From contig JAQGDQ010000065.1 in assembly GCA_030141605.1 (NCBI GenBank), positions 186,001-250,000 of the forward strand: DNA of 64,000 bases, read 5' to 3'. This document shows, piece by piece, positions 1-13,189 of this stretch (position 1 is the first letter of the stretch; each line of letters begins with the position of its first letter). Made by a program: the position numbers and the translations under genes. Below the pieces are notes generated by a model that made no database searches, was not told the origin of the DNA, and worked only from the letters and a program-made list of their open reading frames with translations. Source of the DNA: Tubiluchus corallicola. Lineage: Eukaryota; Animalia; Priapulida.

Positions 1-2050
1 TAAAATGTATCGTTCTCTGGTGAACAAGACAAATAATAACATATCTGAAGTAGAATACAAACGATATAGAAATGAACTTAATACAGTTATAAAAGCATCA
101 AAATTTCAGTATTATAGGGATAGATTACACGTGTAATAATTTTATGGTCTATTTTTAAATCGTGGTTCATCTAAATTGGTTTATTTCGGGATCTAAACAG
201 AATGTATTCTGTTTTTGATGAATTTAGTGACAGTTTATTTGTTTTGAACCATATAGCTAGATCATATAGAACTGTATTTATGTAACCAATGTTGTTTTCT
301 AATTTATGTATTAATGACAGTTAAAAATTACATAAAAAAGACATGGGATACAATGAAAGAAATTATGAATAAAAAAAGAGAAAATCGACCCATTACGTTG
401 TTCATAAACAGTTAATTAATTAAAAATAATGTAGAAGTGGCGAATGCTTTTAACGATTACTTTGCCAATATTGGACCAATATTATCAGAACAAATTGAAA
501 AGACAAACTTAAATCCATATATATATACCTTAAAGGCACCTACAGACAAAGCTTTTTTATTAGTGCAGTAACAAAAAATGATATAAGGACAAAATGTTAC
601 CTAAAGTCGTAATAGACACCATCGATTGCATTTCTAAGCCTTTGCAATATTTATTTAATTTATTGTTTCTTACACGTGAAATACCACTGAAATTGAAAGA
701 ATCGATTATTGTTCCTTTGTTTAAATCAGATGATCCAATGTTTCTGATTATAGACCAGTGTCCTTATTGCCTTTTATATCAAAAATATTAGAAAAAGTTT
801 TTTACAATCAGTTATCTCATTATTTAATAAAAAAAGAGTTCTGAGTAATTTGGTTTCATAAAAGGTAGCTCCACTGAAATGGCCTTAACAAAAATTATAG
901 AAAATATGATTAATACTGTTGAAAAAAATGGCACATCCTACAGAGTATTTTGCGACCTATCAAAAGCATTTGATACAGTAAACCATGACATTCTGCTAAA
1001 TAAGTTATACTATTACGGTATCAGAGGTTTGCCTCATCTGTGGCTAAAGAATTATTTAACAGGGCGCACTCAGTAAAATATAATAACGTTTTTTCAGATG
1101 TAGCACTAGTCAAATGTGGCATGCCCCAAGGCTCAGTCCTTGGGCCACTACTTTTTCTAATTTATATTAATGACATCAAATTTTGTGTTAAAAGTCATAA
1201 TTTATTTCAGTTTGCTGATGACACAAGCATTTTTTTAGCTTTCATAAATTAGAAAACAACATTGGTTACATAAATACAGTTCTATATGATCTAGCTATAT
1301 GGTTCAAAACAAATAAATTGTCACTAAATTCATCAAAAACAAAATACATTCTGTTTAGATCCCGAAATAAACCAATTCAGATGAACCACGATTTAAAAAT
1401 AGACCATAAAAGTGTTACACGTGTAAAAGAACTGAAATTTCTGGGATTAATCCTAAAGGAGCATCTAGACTGGCAACCACATACATTCATGATCAGATTG
1501 AAAATATCAAAAAATATAGGTATTATTTCATATATTAAAAACTTCCCGAACACCGAACATCTTCTAACAATATATAACAGTTTAATATTATCATATTTAA
1601 ATTACTGCACAACATTATGGGGCTTTACTTATACTACAAATTTAGAATGCTTAAGAGTTTTACAACGAAAATTTCTACGTGTCATCTTCAAACTTAGCAA
1701 AAGGAGCACAATTACTTCTACACATTTTAAGCAATGTCAGATACTACTACTGGATGATGTTATTCATTTAAATGGATGTATATATATATATATATGTATA
1801 AAACCAATAACAACTTATTTCCAACTTTTTTTGAAATCCAGTCAAGATAAATGTAAAAAGATACAATACCAGACATAATGAATATATACCAAGACGTTGT
1901 AGAACAAATGTGGCAAAACATTTCATTAGCTATATGGGACCAGTCCTATGGAATAGAGTAAGCTGCATATTGCATTTGTATTGATATTTACTTCAGTGGA
2001 ACATTATCTGTATTTTTATTATAACTGTGAAAATAAATAAACTTAAAAAA
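1..2050 (+). mobile_element. Degenerate CR1/L2-group LINE, ORF2 (RT) 3' part
   Basis: Frameshifted ORFs 594-1878 carry RT motifs (FCDLSKAFDTVNH, GMPQGSVLGPLLFLIYIND, FADDT, LKFLG); AATAAA and an A-rich tail near 2032-2055. Confidence 0.9.
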
Positions 2051-2220
2051 ACCTAAACATATTTACCATTCAGGTCAAAATAGTCGGTCTCCTTTATATG
2101 TGTGTTTCTTGAATTGCTAAAAATGATAATTTATACTTCTCTAGATGACTGGCTAAAGAATCCTTTTTGACACCAGTTCTAAGACATCTAACGTTGAGTG
2201 AGCAGAATTGTTTCCAGATT

Positions 2221-3612
2221 CATCATCATCATCATCATCATCCAATGAATCATACATCCAGGGACATGATTCTGCTCACCTCCCTATGCCAGGACTCCCT
2301 GCTTGCTGCAATGCCCCCAAGTACATTTATTTCTAAAGATCAATGCTGAAGTGTTTCAATCTTTCTGTGCAAAATCTAAATATGTTAACATTTGTCCTCC
2401 TGCAAGTTTTTTTAGCAGGTTCTATGGCTTGTTGAAGAGCTATCTTCACTGGAATATCATAAGGTAGTCTAAGCATATGCCCAATCCATCTTAAATGGCG
2501 TCTTTTTATTTTTCTTGTCCAAACTTCTTTTATTTTTTCATATAGATCTTTGTTTGAAATTTTCTTTGGCCATCTAATACCCAAAATGTTTCTGTAATTT
2601 CGCCTTTGAAATGCATCGATTTCAGCTTTATGATTTGCTTTTAATGTCCAGAGCTCAGAGTTATACAGAAATACAGTTTCAACTAAGGCTGAGAATATTC
2701 TAATTTTTGTTTCCAAAGAAATCTTCCTAGTCTCAAAAACTTTTGTGAGTTTTGAGTAAGCTGATAATGCCATTATCTTCCGTCTTGATATGTCGTCTTT
2801 TGTTGCCAGCAGACTACCGAGATACTTGCATCTTTGCCATGATTCATCACCATGGCGTGTTATGTGAAACTCTTCAGTTTTATTTTTGTTTACAACGAGA
2901 TCCATTCTGTTCAGTTTCTCCTCTATTGAGTTTTTTATTTCACCTACTTCTTCTTTGTTTCTTGTAATCCAAGCCACATCATCAGCATACTGCATAGATA
3001 TAGTAGTTGACTTACTTTGTAGAGAGCTGTAACTGTGTTCTTGTCTTACTTCATTCGGTATTAATTCAGGATCAAGAATTGTGTAGTTGTGATCTTCTAG
3101 GTCTTTCAATGGTATAACTTTGTCCTTAGTGAGAGCTATGGCAAGATATAAAGTAAAAAGTACAGGGCTTAGGCAGTCAGCCTGAGGTACTCCTTTGTTT
3201 GTAGAAAACGATTGGCTCAATTTCCCTTCACACCTGACTTGAATTAATAAATTTTCTAACATTATACTTATGATGTATATTTCATCAGGTTCAAGGATTT
3301 CTTCCAGACAGCAAAGCAGAGTTTTTCTCCGAACGCAATCAAAGGCCTTTGACATATCGATCATGAGAATATATATTGAGTAATCAGCAGAACAGATGGC
3401 TTTTTCGGCTAGTAATTTACAGGCTTGTACTAATTCAGTAGTATTCCGTCCTGCTTGATATGCTGCTTGGCTTGTTGGAATGTAAGTGTGTAACCTGTCA
3501 TAGATCCTACTCAACATACAGATAGCCAAAATCTTCCTTAATAGTGTAAGCAACATCAATGGTCTAAGATTTTCTGTAGGACCTCGTTTCTTACCTGGCT
3601 TGGGTAATACTA
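2221..3612 (-). mobile_element. 5'-truncated RTE-group LINE (RT and C-terminus), (ATG)n tail
   Basis: 408-aa ORF 2333-3559 with IDMSKAFD, KGVPQADCLSP, YADD, KYLGS, LRWIGH; upstream PKPGK..ENLRP; (CAT)n at 2221-2241 is the minus-strand tail. Confidence 0.9.
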
Positions 3613-3950
3613 GCTAGCGTGCAAGGACAATACGGAAATTCTTCTACGTAAATATGGGTCCTTCAATTCATTTGTAAATTTATTTATCATCTTTAGTCTA
3701 CTACAATAGAACATTATTAATAACAGAATAAATAATAAGTCGAGAAGAATGGTCACAATAGATAGATATAAAACTGGAGAAAGGATAGCGAAAAGACTAT
3801 AAAGTCACCTAGTCTGAATTGAATTGTAATAGTCTGCTATTTTTCACCGAACATAGGAAATGATCATTAGACACTTGTTAGGCGCATGAAAATTAATGTC
3901 GGTTAATGTAAAAAACATCATTAATTTTTAGAATTATGATATTTACTACG

Positions 3951-4004
<54 letters not shown>

Positions 4005-5559
4005 TTACATATTACTTAATACATAATATATAATATCTAATTTATTACTACGTATATATATAGTATACTGATATAGTATATACTGATATACTATATAATT
4101 ATATAGTTCAGGTACTACTGCTCCTCACTTTCCTAGATCACGTGCAAACTCTGGTCGTAGTAGCTCAATTAACGCTAAAACCACAAGAACTTTTGAATTC
4201 TTTCTATTCCGTTGCAATTCGCACCATCAACAGTAAATCTCCAATATTAATTCTTTATGTCACTGTACAACTGATTGAATTATTTGTGTTAATCTCCTTG
4301 TTGTTTCTATAAGTTATTGCAGTACATAAAACCACATAAATTTTATTGTATGTATTATGCTATAATGACAATAAATTGCTTACTTACTTACTTAATTAAT
4401 TAAAATTAAGCAATTTACTTATTTGCTTAATCTTTGCTGAAGAATTAAAAAATATATACTATATACAGATATATATACACTATATCATATATATCTGCAG
4501 TGCACACCTCCATATAGACTAATCAAGTGTTGCCTGCCACAAATGTTAAGCGAATGTGTTACACACTTATCATTTCTTTATACCGTACATCAGTTTGCAT
4601 CGTAATTACGAAATACTACTAACGCCTACCGTAATTCACACTATCAAAAACATGTCAATTTTTTCTCACTGTTGATTTTGGTGGACTAATATAAGCTGCT
4701 TCCCAAATATTTAGTGCAGAATTTAAGAATTGTACGTTAATTTTGCTGTACATTTTGATTTATAAATGTACTTCTGATGCACAATTATTTGTTTATTATG
4801 CGGAATAAATCGATTGAATTGGAAAAATAAATAAATACGTACAAAAATATTAGAAATTATTTTTTCAATAATTATTACCAACAAATGGCACCTCGTGCCA
4901 ATAAAACACTTTTTAGAAAAATTGTTTTGAAAGTGATAGTGAAATTTTGTAGGTCGATTCTACATAAGTTCCGGCAAAATCCTCGATGCTATTCTTTTTA
5001 CTTTTCGTCAAAAAATCAATGTTACGTTTATAAGCAGTTGCAACTACACACCTGATGAAGGTGGTCGAGCTAGCTGATTAAAATATGGCACTGACAAAGA
5101 CTGTCAATTGCGCCTAGACTAATGGTACAGTAATAACAAAAGCAATACAAAACATCGTGGGGTGAGAGCTTATGTGTTAGCTAATTAACTCGTTTGTTTT
5201 AGGGCCAATGTATGTGTGTTTCTAGAAAGTCGTGATTTCCGTTCTGTACATGTACAAATTCGAGATCTCACGTGCATAATCTAGAATTCTAGATTAATAT
5301 GACTATAATTATTAATTTAATTTGGTTTCAAATAAAACCAGTAATAAACAAACTCAATTGCCATTTATTTTCATACTTATACCATCTGTGGAAGTTGATT
5401 AGCCACGTCTCTTTGTAAAAAAATTCAGGATTACTAATGTCAAATCACATGTCTCAATGAAACTGTGTCACGCCAATGTGGTTCTGTTACGTTTCAGTCA
5501 TCGCGGTCATTGCCATTTGGTGGTAGCCAGTAGCCAGTTTTTATTTACGTTTCGATCCC

Positions 5560-6140
5560 ACCAACAGCCTACCATCCATCCACAAAGTCACCCTGGCAAC
5601 TTCAAGCTTTTTGTCCTGTGGCTAACCCAATATGCCATGTACTATAATGTTGAAGTCACCAATTGCTTTAAAGCTCCTACCATCATTGACAATTTTGAAG
5701 AGGGATGGCTGGAGCTTAAAAAGACACTGACAGTACTTCGTTACTTACAGTATATTGGAGACAAGATCTTTCAGTGTTCATTAGTGTCCCTAATATCTGT
5801 CGCTTTACTAGATCTCGATACCGCCAAGGCTAGTGTTATATAATGGTAGTACTTGCTTGCTATAAGATATTAATTAATTAAATAATAACCCCTGACTCAG
5901 AGAGCTTAGGTTCGGCTGTAATGGTCATGATGACTCCCAATACCAACCACAAACCATGAAATACGCCTCCCTAATCTTTGTCTCCCGAGTTTACTACCAT
6001 GACTCCGCAATAAGCCTGTTCAGTGCCGGTACGGTTAATGCCAGTTTTGTCACAGATAGTATGTATTTACAGTTTATAGTATGTATTTTGTGCAGCTGAT
6101 GAGGTCCGAGATGACAAAAGCTTCTGAACAAAAAATAAAG
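5560..6140 (+). mobile_element. Penelope-like element relic (GIY-YIG remnant and decayed hammerhead)
   Basis: QYIG at 5748-5759 after a PGNFK segment; CTGATGAG-GTC..GAC core flanked by stem ttttgtgcag/ctgaacaaaa at 6086-6133. Confidence 0.5.
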
Positions 6141-7619
6141 AATTTTTTTAGATTTAAGGGAATTTTAACCTCTTTTACGATTGTGACCATGGCAAATCTC
6201 AGAAGAGCACTATCTTATTTTTAAGCTAATATTTCGTGTACTCCAAGTGCGTGCCGATTAAAGTCAACACTGCTTGTAACAGTTGAGAATATAATTTATT
6301 AATTTAACAGATTGTTCAAAATCGCTAAACATTAAGAAATATAATCACTCTTTGAGATTTAATATTCCATCCGAACAATAACGAATTACTTTAATAGTCA
6401 GTATTGCAGTCGGGTTCAACAATCTACAGTTCAAATTATCGCAACTGCTACTTCAAAGTCACGCTTAAAACGAGCAGAATGCCTAGAAATGAAATAGACT
6501 GAATACATTCACACAAGTGAAATACAAAAAGTCTAGGACTGGCCAATTTATAATTTCCAGTAATTGGCCCAGTCCGATTTCTAACTCTATCAGTTATGCA
6601 TAATCATTGATTTTGAAACAAAAGTATAACGCTAGATTTGTTCAGGATTGGGGTCGGGATCCCGAAATTTTCACCCATAATCTCATTCCCGAACCTCTTC
6701 TATCGTCCGAGATTTAGTAACCCTAGTTGCATCATGTGATTGTCAACTGGCATTACTTTATTAAAACATCTTGTAAGTAAAGTCTTAGGATGATTATCTT
6801 TCGCGGCGCACACAAACAGTCCATTCACCCATCTGTAAGAGTGACTAAGTTATTCTATTAAAACGTGTTTTGCCAATGACGTTGGAACAGTTTACGAAAA
6901 ATATAATTATAAAAGAATGATACTGCCAGATTATAAAATCTGGCTAAAGTATCTGTTACACACAACTCTGTAATAGTAGTAAAGGTGCAACCATTTTGGA
7001 ACTGACGCTGTGTGGCGACGCTAACATAAAAACTACACTTTACAGGTTTCATTTAGGAAACTAATGAAGCTTTTGAGCAACCGGAGGTGACGGTGTCCTG
7101 GCAGAAATCAATTTTGTGTGTAAATAACAACTTACTACAAGCCCCACATGCTGATTGGTGCTTTTTTCTTGTGAGTGCAATGTTTTTTGTTTGCAGAAAG
7201 CAAATTAAAATCCGAATATTAAAAGTAATTAAACATCAGCAAACATTACTTCCTCTTTCTGACAAGTAAATATATCTAACAAGATTTAAAACCGTAAGAG
7301 CAAATTCTTACTACTAAGTGTGTAGGACTTAGTGATCTTTCTACCAGGTGCGAGGTTTGTGACATGTAGCTATAAGTGTATTTGTAATCAATACTTTAGG
7401 GCCGAACGCAGAGAAGATTCTGTGTTAATAAGATCTTTGCGCATTATGTTATCTTTACTCTTAAGTCTCTGTATGCGTCTTTTACTCTATTACTGCAGTT
7501 ATCTTAAAACATAAAACATTATAATATTAGACTATAGAAGATTTTACAAGTATCTCTTATGGTAACAGTGTTAATAAGTTAAGATATCTTGAAAATATTC
7601 CAAATTAATTACAAAACAG

Positions 7620-7792
7620 CTTACGGAGCGGAGCTGTCGGGGAAACTCTCGGAAACGACTTTTAAATTTTTTTCAAGAAGTCAGCATTCAGATCGCGGAA
7701 TACCTTAGTTTATGGAATTAAAAGCATAAGTTCAGAAAGGATAATAGAACAGGAACACTGTCTTCGTAGCTGAGTCTCAGTGTCACAAACAG
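7620..7792 (+). other. Candidate non-coding first exon of the neuropeptide gene (5' boundary uncertain)
   Basis: Locally GC-richer stretch ending in a strong donor CAG|GTAAGA at 7793; the coding exon at 9414 has an acceptor, so an upstream exon is required. Confidence 0.4.
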
Positions 7793-9419
7793 GTAAGAAG
7801 TATACAACATAACATTGTTCTCTCTCTCTCTTCCCCCCTCTCTCTCTCTCCCTCTCTCTGTCGCTCACTCTAATCTTACAAGATTAGAATTCTAAGAAAT
7901 TCACTTTATAGTACTTTTGTCTAAGTAAAATTAAAGGAGGTACTTTTACCTTTATAATTTTTAATCACAGCCAAATTTGCTGTACGGCCGATTGACAAAA
8001 AATTGTGTTTGCCAAGTGCTGGTTGCTAGATTGAACCGAATAATACACCTTAAAACAACGTCAACTGAAAGTGATTAAGGTCGCATGAGATATTATGTCA
8101 GTACTGTCTTACCCACTGTTGAATATCGTAGCGTAATCACTCGAGAATGTTCAGTTGTCAGTTGCAAGAATCTGTTCTAGGGCAATGTTCTGGCCATCTG
8201 TTCTGTTCTGATTTAAACACGAAATTCAAAAAAATACTTGAAATTTAATAAAAGTAGCAAGTAGTTGTCGTTTGAGAAGCCGCAGGCTTCCACACAACAC
8301 ATTAGAATGCGGGAGGGGTTTACCCAGTTAAACTACAATTTGTTTACTAAATTACTTAATAAACAAGCAGTAATTTAATTTTATAGTAAAAAAACACTGA
8401 GATCTTTAGATGGAGTGCGTTTTTAAGAATAAGCTATTATTATTATTATTATTATTATTTACGAATTAAATTGTAAATGTTTGAATTAGTACAAGACGAT
8501 ATTAGTAATCCGAGGCATTTTCAAATAAATATAAATTGAACAAAACAAACACAACAAAAATTGTAACGTCTACTTTTATTAACTAATTATAAATTGCGTG
8601 CTGTTAACGTACTATATATGGAGCATACTAGTCAAGTGCAACTTACTGCGTTTCTTTGGATTTATACATGTGTAAATACTGTATATATTGTAACGTACAT
8701 ATCTTTATGATACGCGCATGAACTGTGGGTGCCAATATATGCTTGGGAGGACCCCGAATCATGATGTAAAAACTTGAATGATCCAAACCTAAAATAGATT
8801 AACTAACAGCTGGTTGCTGAAGAGGTTTCAACATATTAAATAATGTGGAAATTAGTTTATTATGGTAAAATATTAATAAACATAGAGACAAGAACAAGAG
8901 GTCAAAATGACACAGGAAGGTGAACCCGATTTCTTACACTACAGAGAGAGAAAGGTCATCTTTAGCCAACCCATGCGTAATACGATTAAAGGTACTGTAA
9001 CAGTTGCAGGTTCAAAATCGGCATCAACAGCGAAAATAAATCGTTAACAAACGTTCATCAACGTTCATACAATAACTTTTTTAACCTTTTATATTTTATT
9101 CAACCCACATCACAATTCATATTCATAAAACCATATTCATGTAATTGTATTTGTGGTTTACATACAGATGTGGGCTGGGCGACCCATACATGGCAAAAAC
9201 ACAGTAAAACGTACGAGCCATTAAGTAACAATAAAAAAAGACTTGTTGTTTGCAACTAAATCGTACTTGTGTTCTTTTTAAATAACTGTTTTAAATTAAG
9301 TAATCGCATAATTAATTTTTAGTAATATTACTTTATTACTTAATTATTTTAAGAACACACAAATACCATAATTAATTATAGTAAATGTTAAATATGATTT
9401 TTTTAATTTTCAGTGCAAC

Positions 9420-9517
9420 ATGAAGAAAGAAATTTCATTTCTAGTTTTTCTTGCAATTATAACCATTACCTTATCTTACGGTAGAATTCCACAGAAATTA
9501 CGGAAAGCCAAAAATAG
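9420..9517 (+). CDS. Neuropeptide precursor, coding exon 1 (signal peptide MKKEISFLVFLAIITITLSYG-RIPQKLRKAKN)
   Basis: Acceptor ttttaattttcag ending 9413, ATG at 9420, basic N-terminus plus hydrophobic core, donor AG|GTAAGT (phase 2). Confidence 0.85.
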
Positions 9518-12142
9518 GTAAGTGTGATGACACACCTTTGACTTTCATGCTCCTAACTCTAGTGGCTGAATTTTTATACATTCCCAACACCCTTCGCTCT
9601 CACAGACACTTAAGATCATACTGATAAAATACATGGTAGTTTGGCTTCGTCCAATTGAGGGGATGCTGATTCTTTACACCTGCAGCAGTAGCAGTATCTT
9701 TATTTGTCATAATAATACATTGAGAATCATAACAAAATATTAAGATGCTGATATTGTGTCTGTGCGTAAGTTCCTGTAATCAAGATAATTTGTTCATTTG
9801 GTATTCAAACATTATCGTGCAGAAAAAGATTTAATAAAAAAGGAGACACAAGAGCCCGGCAGACGCCTTTGTTCGCATAATAAAAGACTGCAAAGATCTG
9901 GTGTTTAATCATTTAATCAGCTGTCTAAAAAGATCCCTGATTTTGAAAGAAACCTCGAAAGTATGGAACAATAAGGGAAGAATGATTTTGCCAAAATTCC
10001 CCTTAGTCATCTACGCAAATTGAGCCTGCTTACGAATAGAAATTCCCTGTAGGAAGTGCTCCCTGTCTGTCTGTCCGTCTGTGACAAATGCTTTTGCACT
10101 GTCTGTCTCTCTCTCTCTCTGTTTATCTACCTGCTTGTTTACATGTCTGTCTGAGTGCCTGTCTGTCTGTCGGTTAGCAGCAGACTTTGCAAGTGATGGA
10201 GATGTATTGTAACCTACCACGATAGGGGAATAACAATTTTGCATCGTTATAGAAGCTTTATCTTTAGAATAATTGGAAAATAGATTTATTCATAATTTCT
10301 ATGTACATTAAAAAAACGGACGTTAAAAATAAAACTAAATCTGACAAACGGTTTACCATTGACTTGCACGCCATAAAATATGTGATGTTATATATTAGTT
10401 TAGAGACATGACTTCACAACATTTTCATACTCACTTGTAAATTCCAATTTTTAATGTTTTATGGAAGCCCTCGTATAACTTCCTCTTCGACCGTAGTATC
10501 CAACTGTCTATCTGTGAAACTTTTGGAGTTAGAAGCTTCCTAAGTGCAAAACACCTTCTTGGCCTCTTAGCGATCTGTAGGCCAGAATGTGAAATCTTAG
10601 AAAAATGCCCTGGGCGCTATTAGAATTCGCTGAAGGATTATTCCTGAGAGTTTAGCAACTATATTCAGCTATTCCTTTTTTTGGCAACAGCATCACTGCA
10701 ACGAAAATGCCTTGTTCTGAAGACTATTTAGGTCACAAAGTATCGTGACAAATTTCACTATGTCTGCATATGATACAACACCGCTGTACTTGCGACTTGG
10801 GTCACACCAAAGCTTAGTAAATTTTATTCACATCAATATTAAATAATTCAAACGTTACCGGAATAAAATTTTCTATTAGAATGCTTGTCTTTAGAGGTAA
10901 TAATATTGCTAGCGAAAGGAAACTATCTGAGCTTCTGTTATGTAATCCAGTTTCAAAGACAAAAAGAGTAAATTAATCTAACCATAGCTCATGATTTACG
11001 TATTTGGAGCAGAGTATTCAAACAGTATAGGACAAATATTCAAATTAAATTGAATACAAATACTTTGTTTCAGATTACATTCGTAAAGTATACAATAATT
11101 CATCACATAAAAAAGCGAAACACTAATTAGTTAACTGAGCCGCTGTGTTGCTGTGTTGGTTACATTATTAACAACCGCATTATCTTTGAACAATCACAGA
11201 TGCGATTACGTTGGCCGGGCTGATATAAAATCTTGACACACTACCAACTTTCGGTCTTGTACACAGCATTTATTGCTGAAGGCATCTGGTAAGTACGACA
11301 AGGACTTATAACCATAGGTCGTTCAGTTTTTGCCAGCCACTTTTTGTCATCCATCAAAACTGCAAGTGCGTCGTTACTCCTTGCTTTTTATAGTTATACG
11401 AACCTACATGCTACATTAACGCCGTTATGTATTTCTTTTTGTGTGTGTGTGTGTGTGTGCGTGCGTGCCTGTGTGCGTGTGCGCGTGTACGCGCGTGTGT
11501 GTGTACGTGTGCGCGTATGTATGTGGCAAAAATCGCAATTAGGTTAAAAAGTTGGCACATGTTTTGAGATATTTTGACGGCGAGTTCCTTTTGCATATTA
11601 CCCACTAAAATCGTTAGTGTTTCATCGCTTGATCTAAAAGAACAGGTGTTTCGAATTCACTTGTTTTAAAAAGTTTTAACTGAAAAGAATAATAACAAAA
11701 TCACCTGAAATATCTACTACTCAATTCTCAAAGGTGAAATAAGAATAAAGTACGAAGAGGTGCTAAAAGTCTGTTAACATTTATCTTTTTCATGACCTGA
11801 CAACTTCTCGTCTTGTAAACACCTAGCGTTGGGAGTAGGTTGCGTGTTGAGAAGGGAAAGGTTAATTTTTGTAGTGGATCATATGAGTCACAACACTCGA
11901 ATCTGTGCCGTCTCCGTCGGAGACATTTTCTAAAAAAAGGAATGGCTTGTTTTTACACGTTTTCGTTAGCATTAAGCGAAGCGCTGTAAAAGCCTTTTAG
12001 TTTGGGAAGATTACTAGTGCGACATCTATGAAGTATAGAACTTGACTATGCAAACTTATTCAAGTTACCCAAAATCATTTGATACTGTGAAATTTGCACA
12101 AAATTAACGCAAGTCTGCTACACTTGATCTTTGTTTTTTCAG

Positions 12143-12323
12143 ACCTTATCAGTTATTTATCGACAACATGTCCAGGGGTGGTGCTTATGCGAGATGCTCC
12201 GGATTTTCTTGTCTTCACAGCGAAATGGCTTCCAAGGTTGGTTTCGAGACCATGTACAGGGACTTTGTGGCAAGACTCTTGAAGGACTGTGCTGCTGATC
12301 CAGCTTGTTCCCCAGGCAAATAA
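12143..12323 (+). CDS. Neuropeptide precursor, coding exon 2 (calcitonin-like/SPamide-like: ...AR-CSGFSCLHSEMASKVGFETMYRDFVARLLKDCAADPACSP-GK*)
   Basis: Acceptor tgttttttcag ending 12142; phase-2 join is open to TAA 12321-12323; two Cys pairs and terminal Pro-Gly-Lys amidation signal. Confidence 0.85.
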
Positions 12324-12487
12324 GAAAACTGCAAGAACGATAAGCTTCGTTTAGCTTACCCAATTAATTGGGAAAGTCTGATATGTTAATATTAACTGCG
12401 ATTAGCAGTAAATGCGTTTCAACCCTGAACTTGAATCCTGTACACTATACTGAACACAAAAACAACCATTTGCTTGTTATTAATTAA

Positions 12488-12564
12488 TTAATTAGATTAT
12501 GACTGTGATTGTCAGAAATCACAGTTTGCTAGATTTCTAGCGACCACAGTCATAATCTAATTAA
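12488..12564. other. Hairpin with perfect 20-bp outer stem in the putative 3' UTR
   Basis: ttaattagattatgactgtg (12488-12507) is the reverse complement of cacagtcataatctaattaa (12545-12564); inner agaaatc/gatttct also pair. Confidence 0.75.
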
Positions 12565-13189
12565 GGCCGCGTTTCCACTGCGTCCGCACAGACACGCACA
12601 CACAAGGACTTTTCTGTCCGCACATTTTACGTCCGCAAAAGTTGCTTCCATTGGGACCGCACTCATTCCGTACAACACGTCATAAATGCATCAAAAGTTC
12701 AGCGTGAAATTCTAGACATGAGACTTTCTCGAAAAAAGAATATTTTTTATTTTGCTGTGGTGAGGAAGCGACAACATCGTTTTTGGGCACACCCAATATT
12801 TGAATATTTTATTCTCTCTCGTTCTCGTTTCTTTTCTTTCTTTATTTCTCCTGCTGGCTCAGTGCTCTAACAGCACCAAACTATTGGCCGATTTTAACTT
12901 GACGATTTTTCACTTGGTGGTGAAGGCAAATCGTGGTAGTTTCAACGAGTCTTGTGCGAAGGTTTAAACATATTTTCTCCTTCTTATTACTAGTTTACTA
13001 CATCATCTTTAGCTTTTGCATGCCCATATGCTGCAATTTTTACAGCTGGTTTTCTAATGGAATTTAAAAAGACTAGTTGTATTCACTTCAAATAAAAAGT
13101 GGCTATTTTAAAGCTAACGATCCATAGTTGCCTTGTAACAGATCAGTGACTATTTTCGGTTTTTTTGCTGGCGCAGTGGAAACGCGGCC
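12565..13189 (+). mobile_element. PIF/Harbinger non-autonomous element (MITE-like deletion derivative)
   Basis: 18-bp TIR ggccgcgtttccactgcg / cgcagtggaaacgcggcc, TWA flanks (taa/tta); internal RKRQHRFWAHPIF resembles the Harbinger transposase N-terminal W-x-HP motif. Confidence 0.85.

Noticed and set aside
7270-7590. Very degenerate palindrome upstream of the neuropeptide first exon
   Set aside because: Only short scattered complementary blocks; not distinguishable from chance by eye
12094-12363. ORF-track ORFs 12094-12282 (+) and 12157-12363 (-)
   Set aside because: Shadow frames of the neuropeptide exon, which uses another frame entered by splicing
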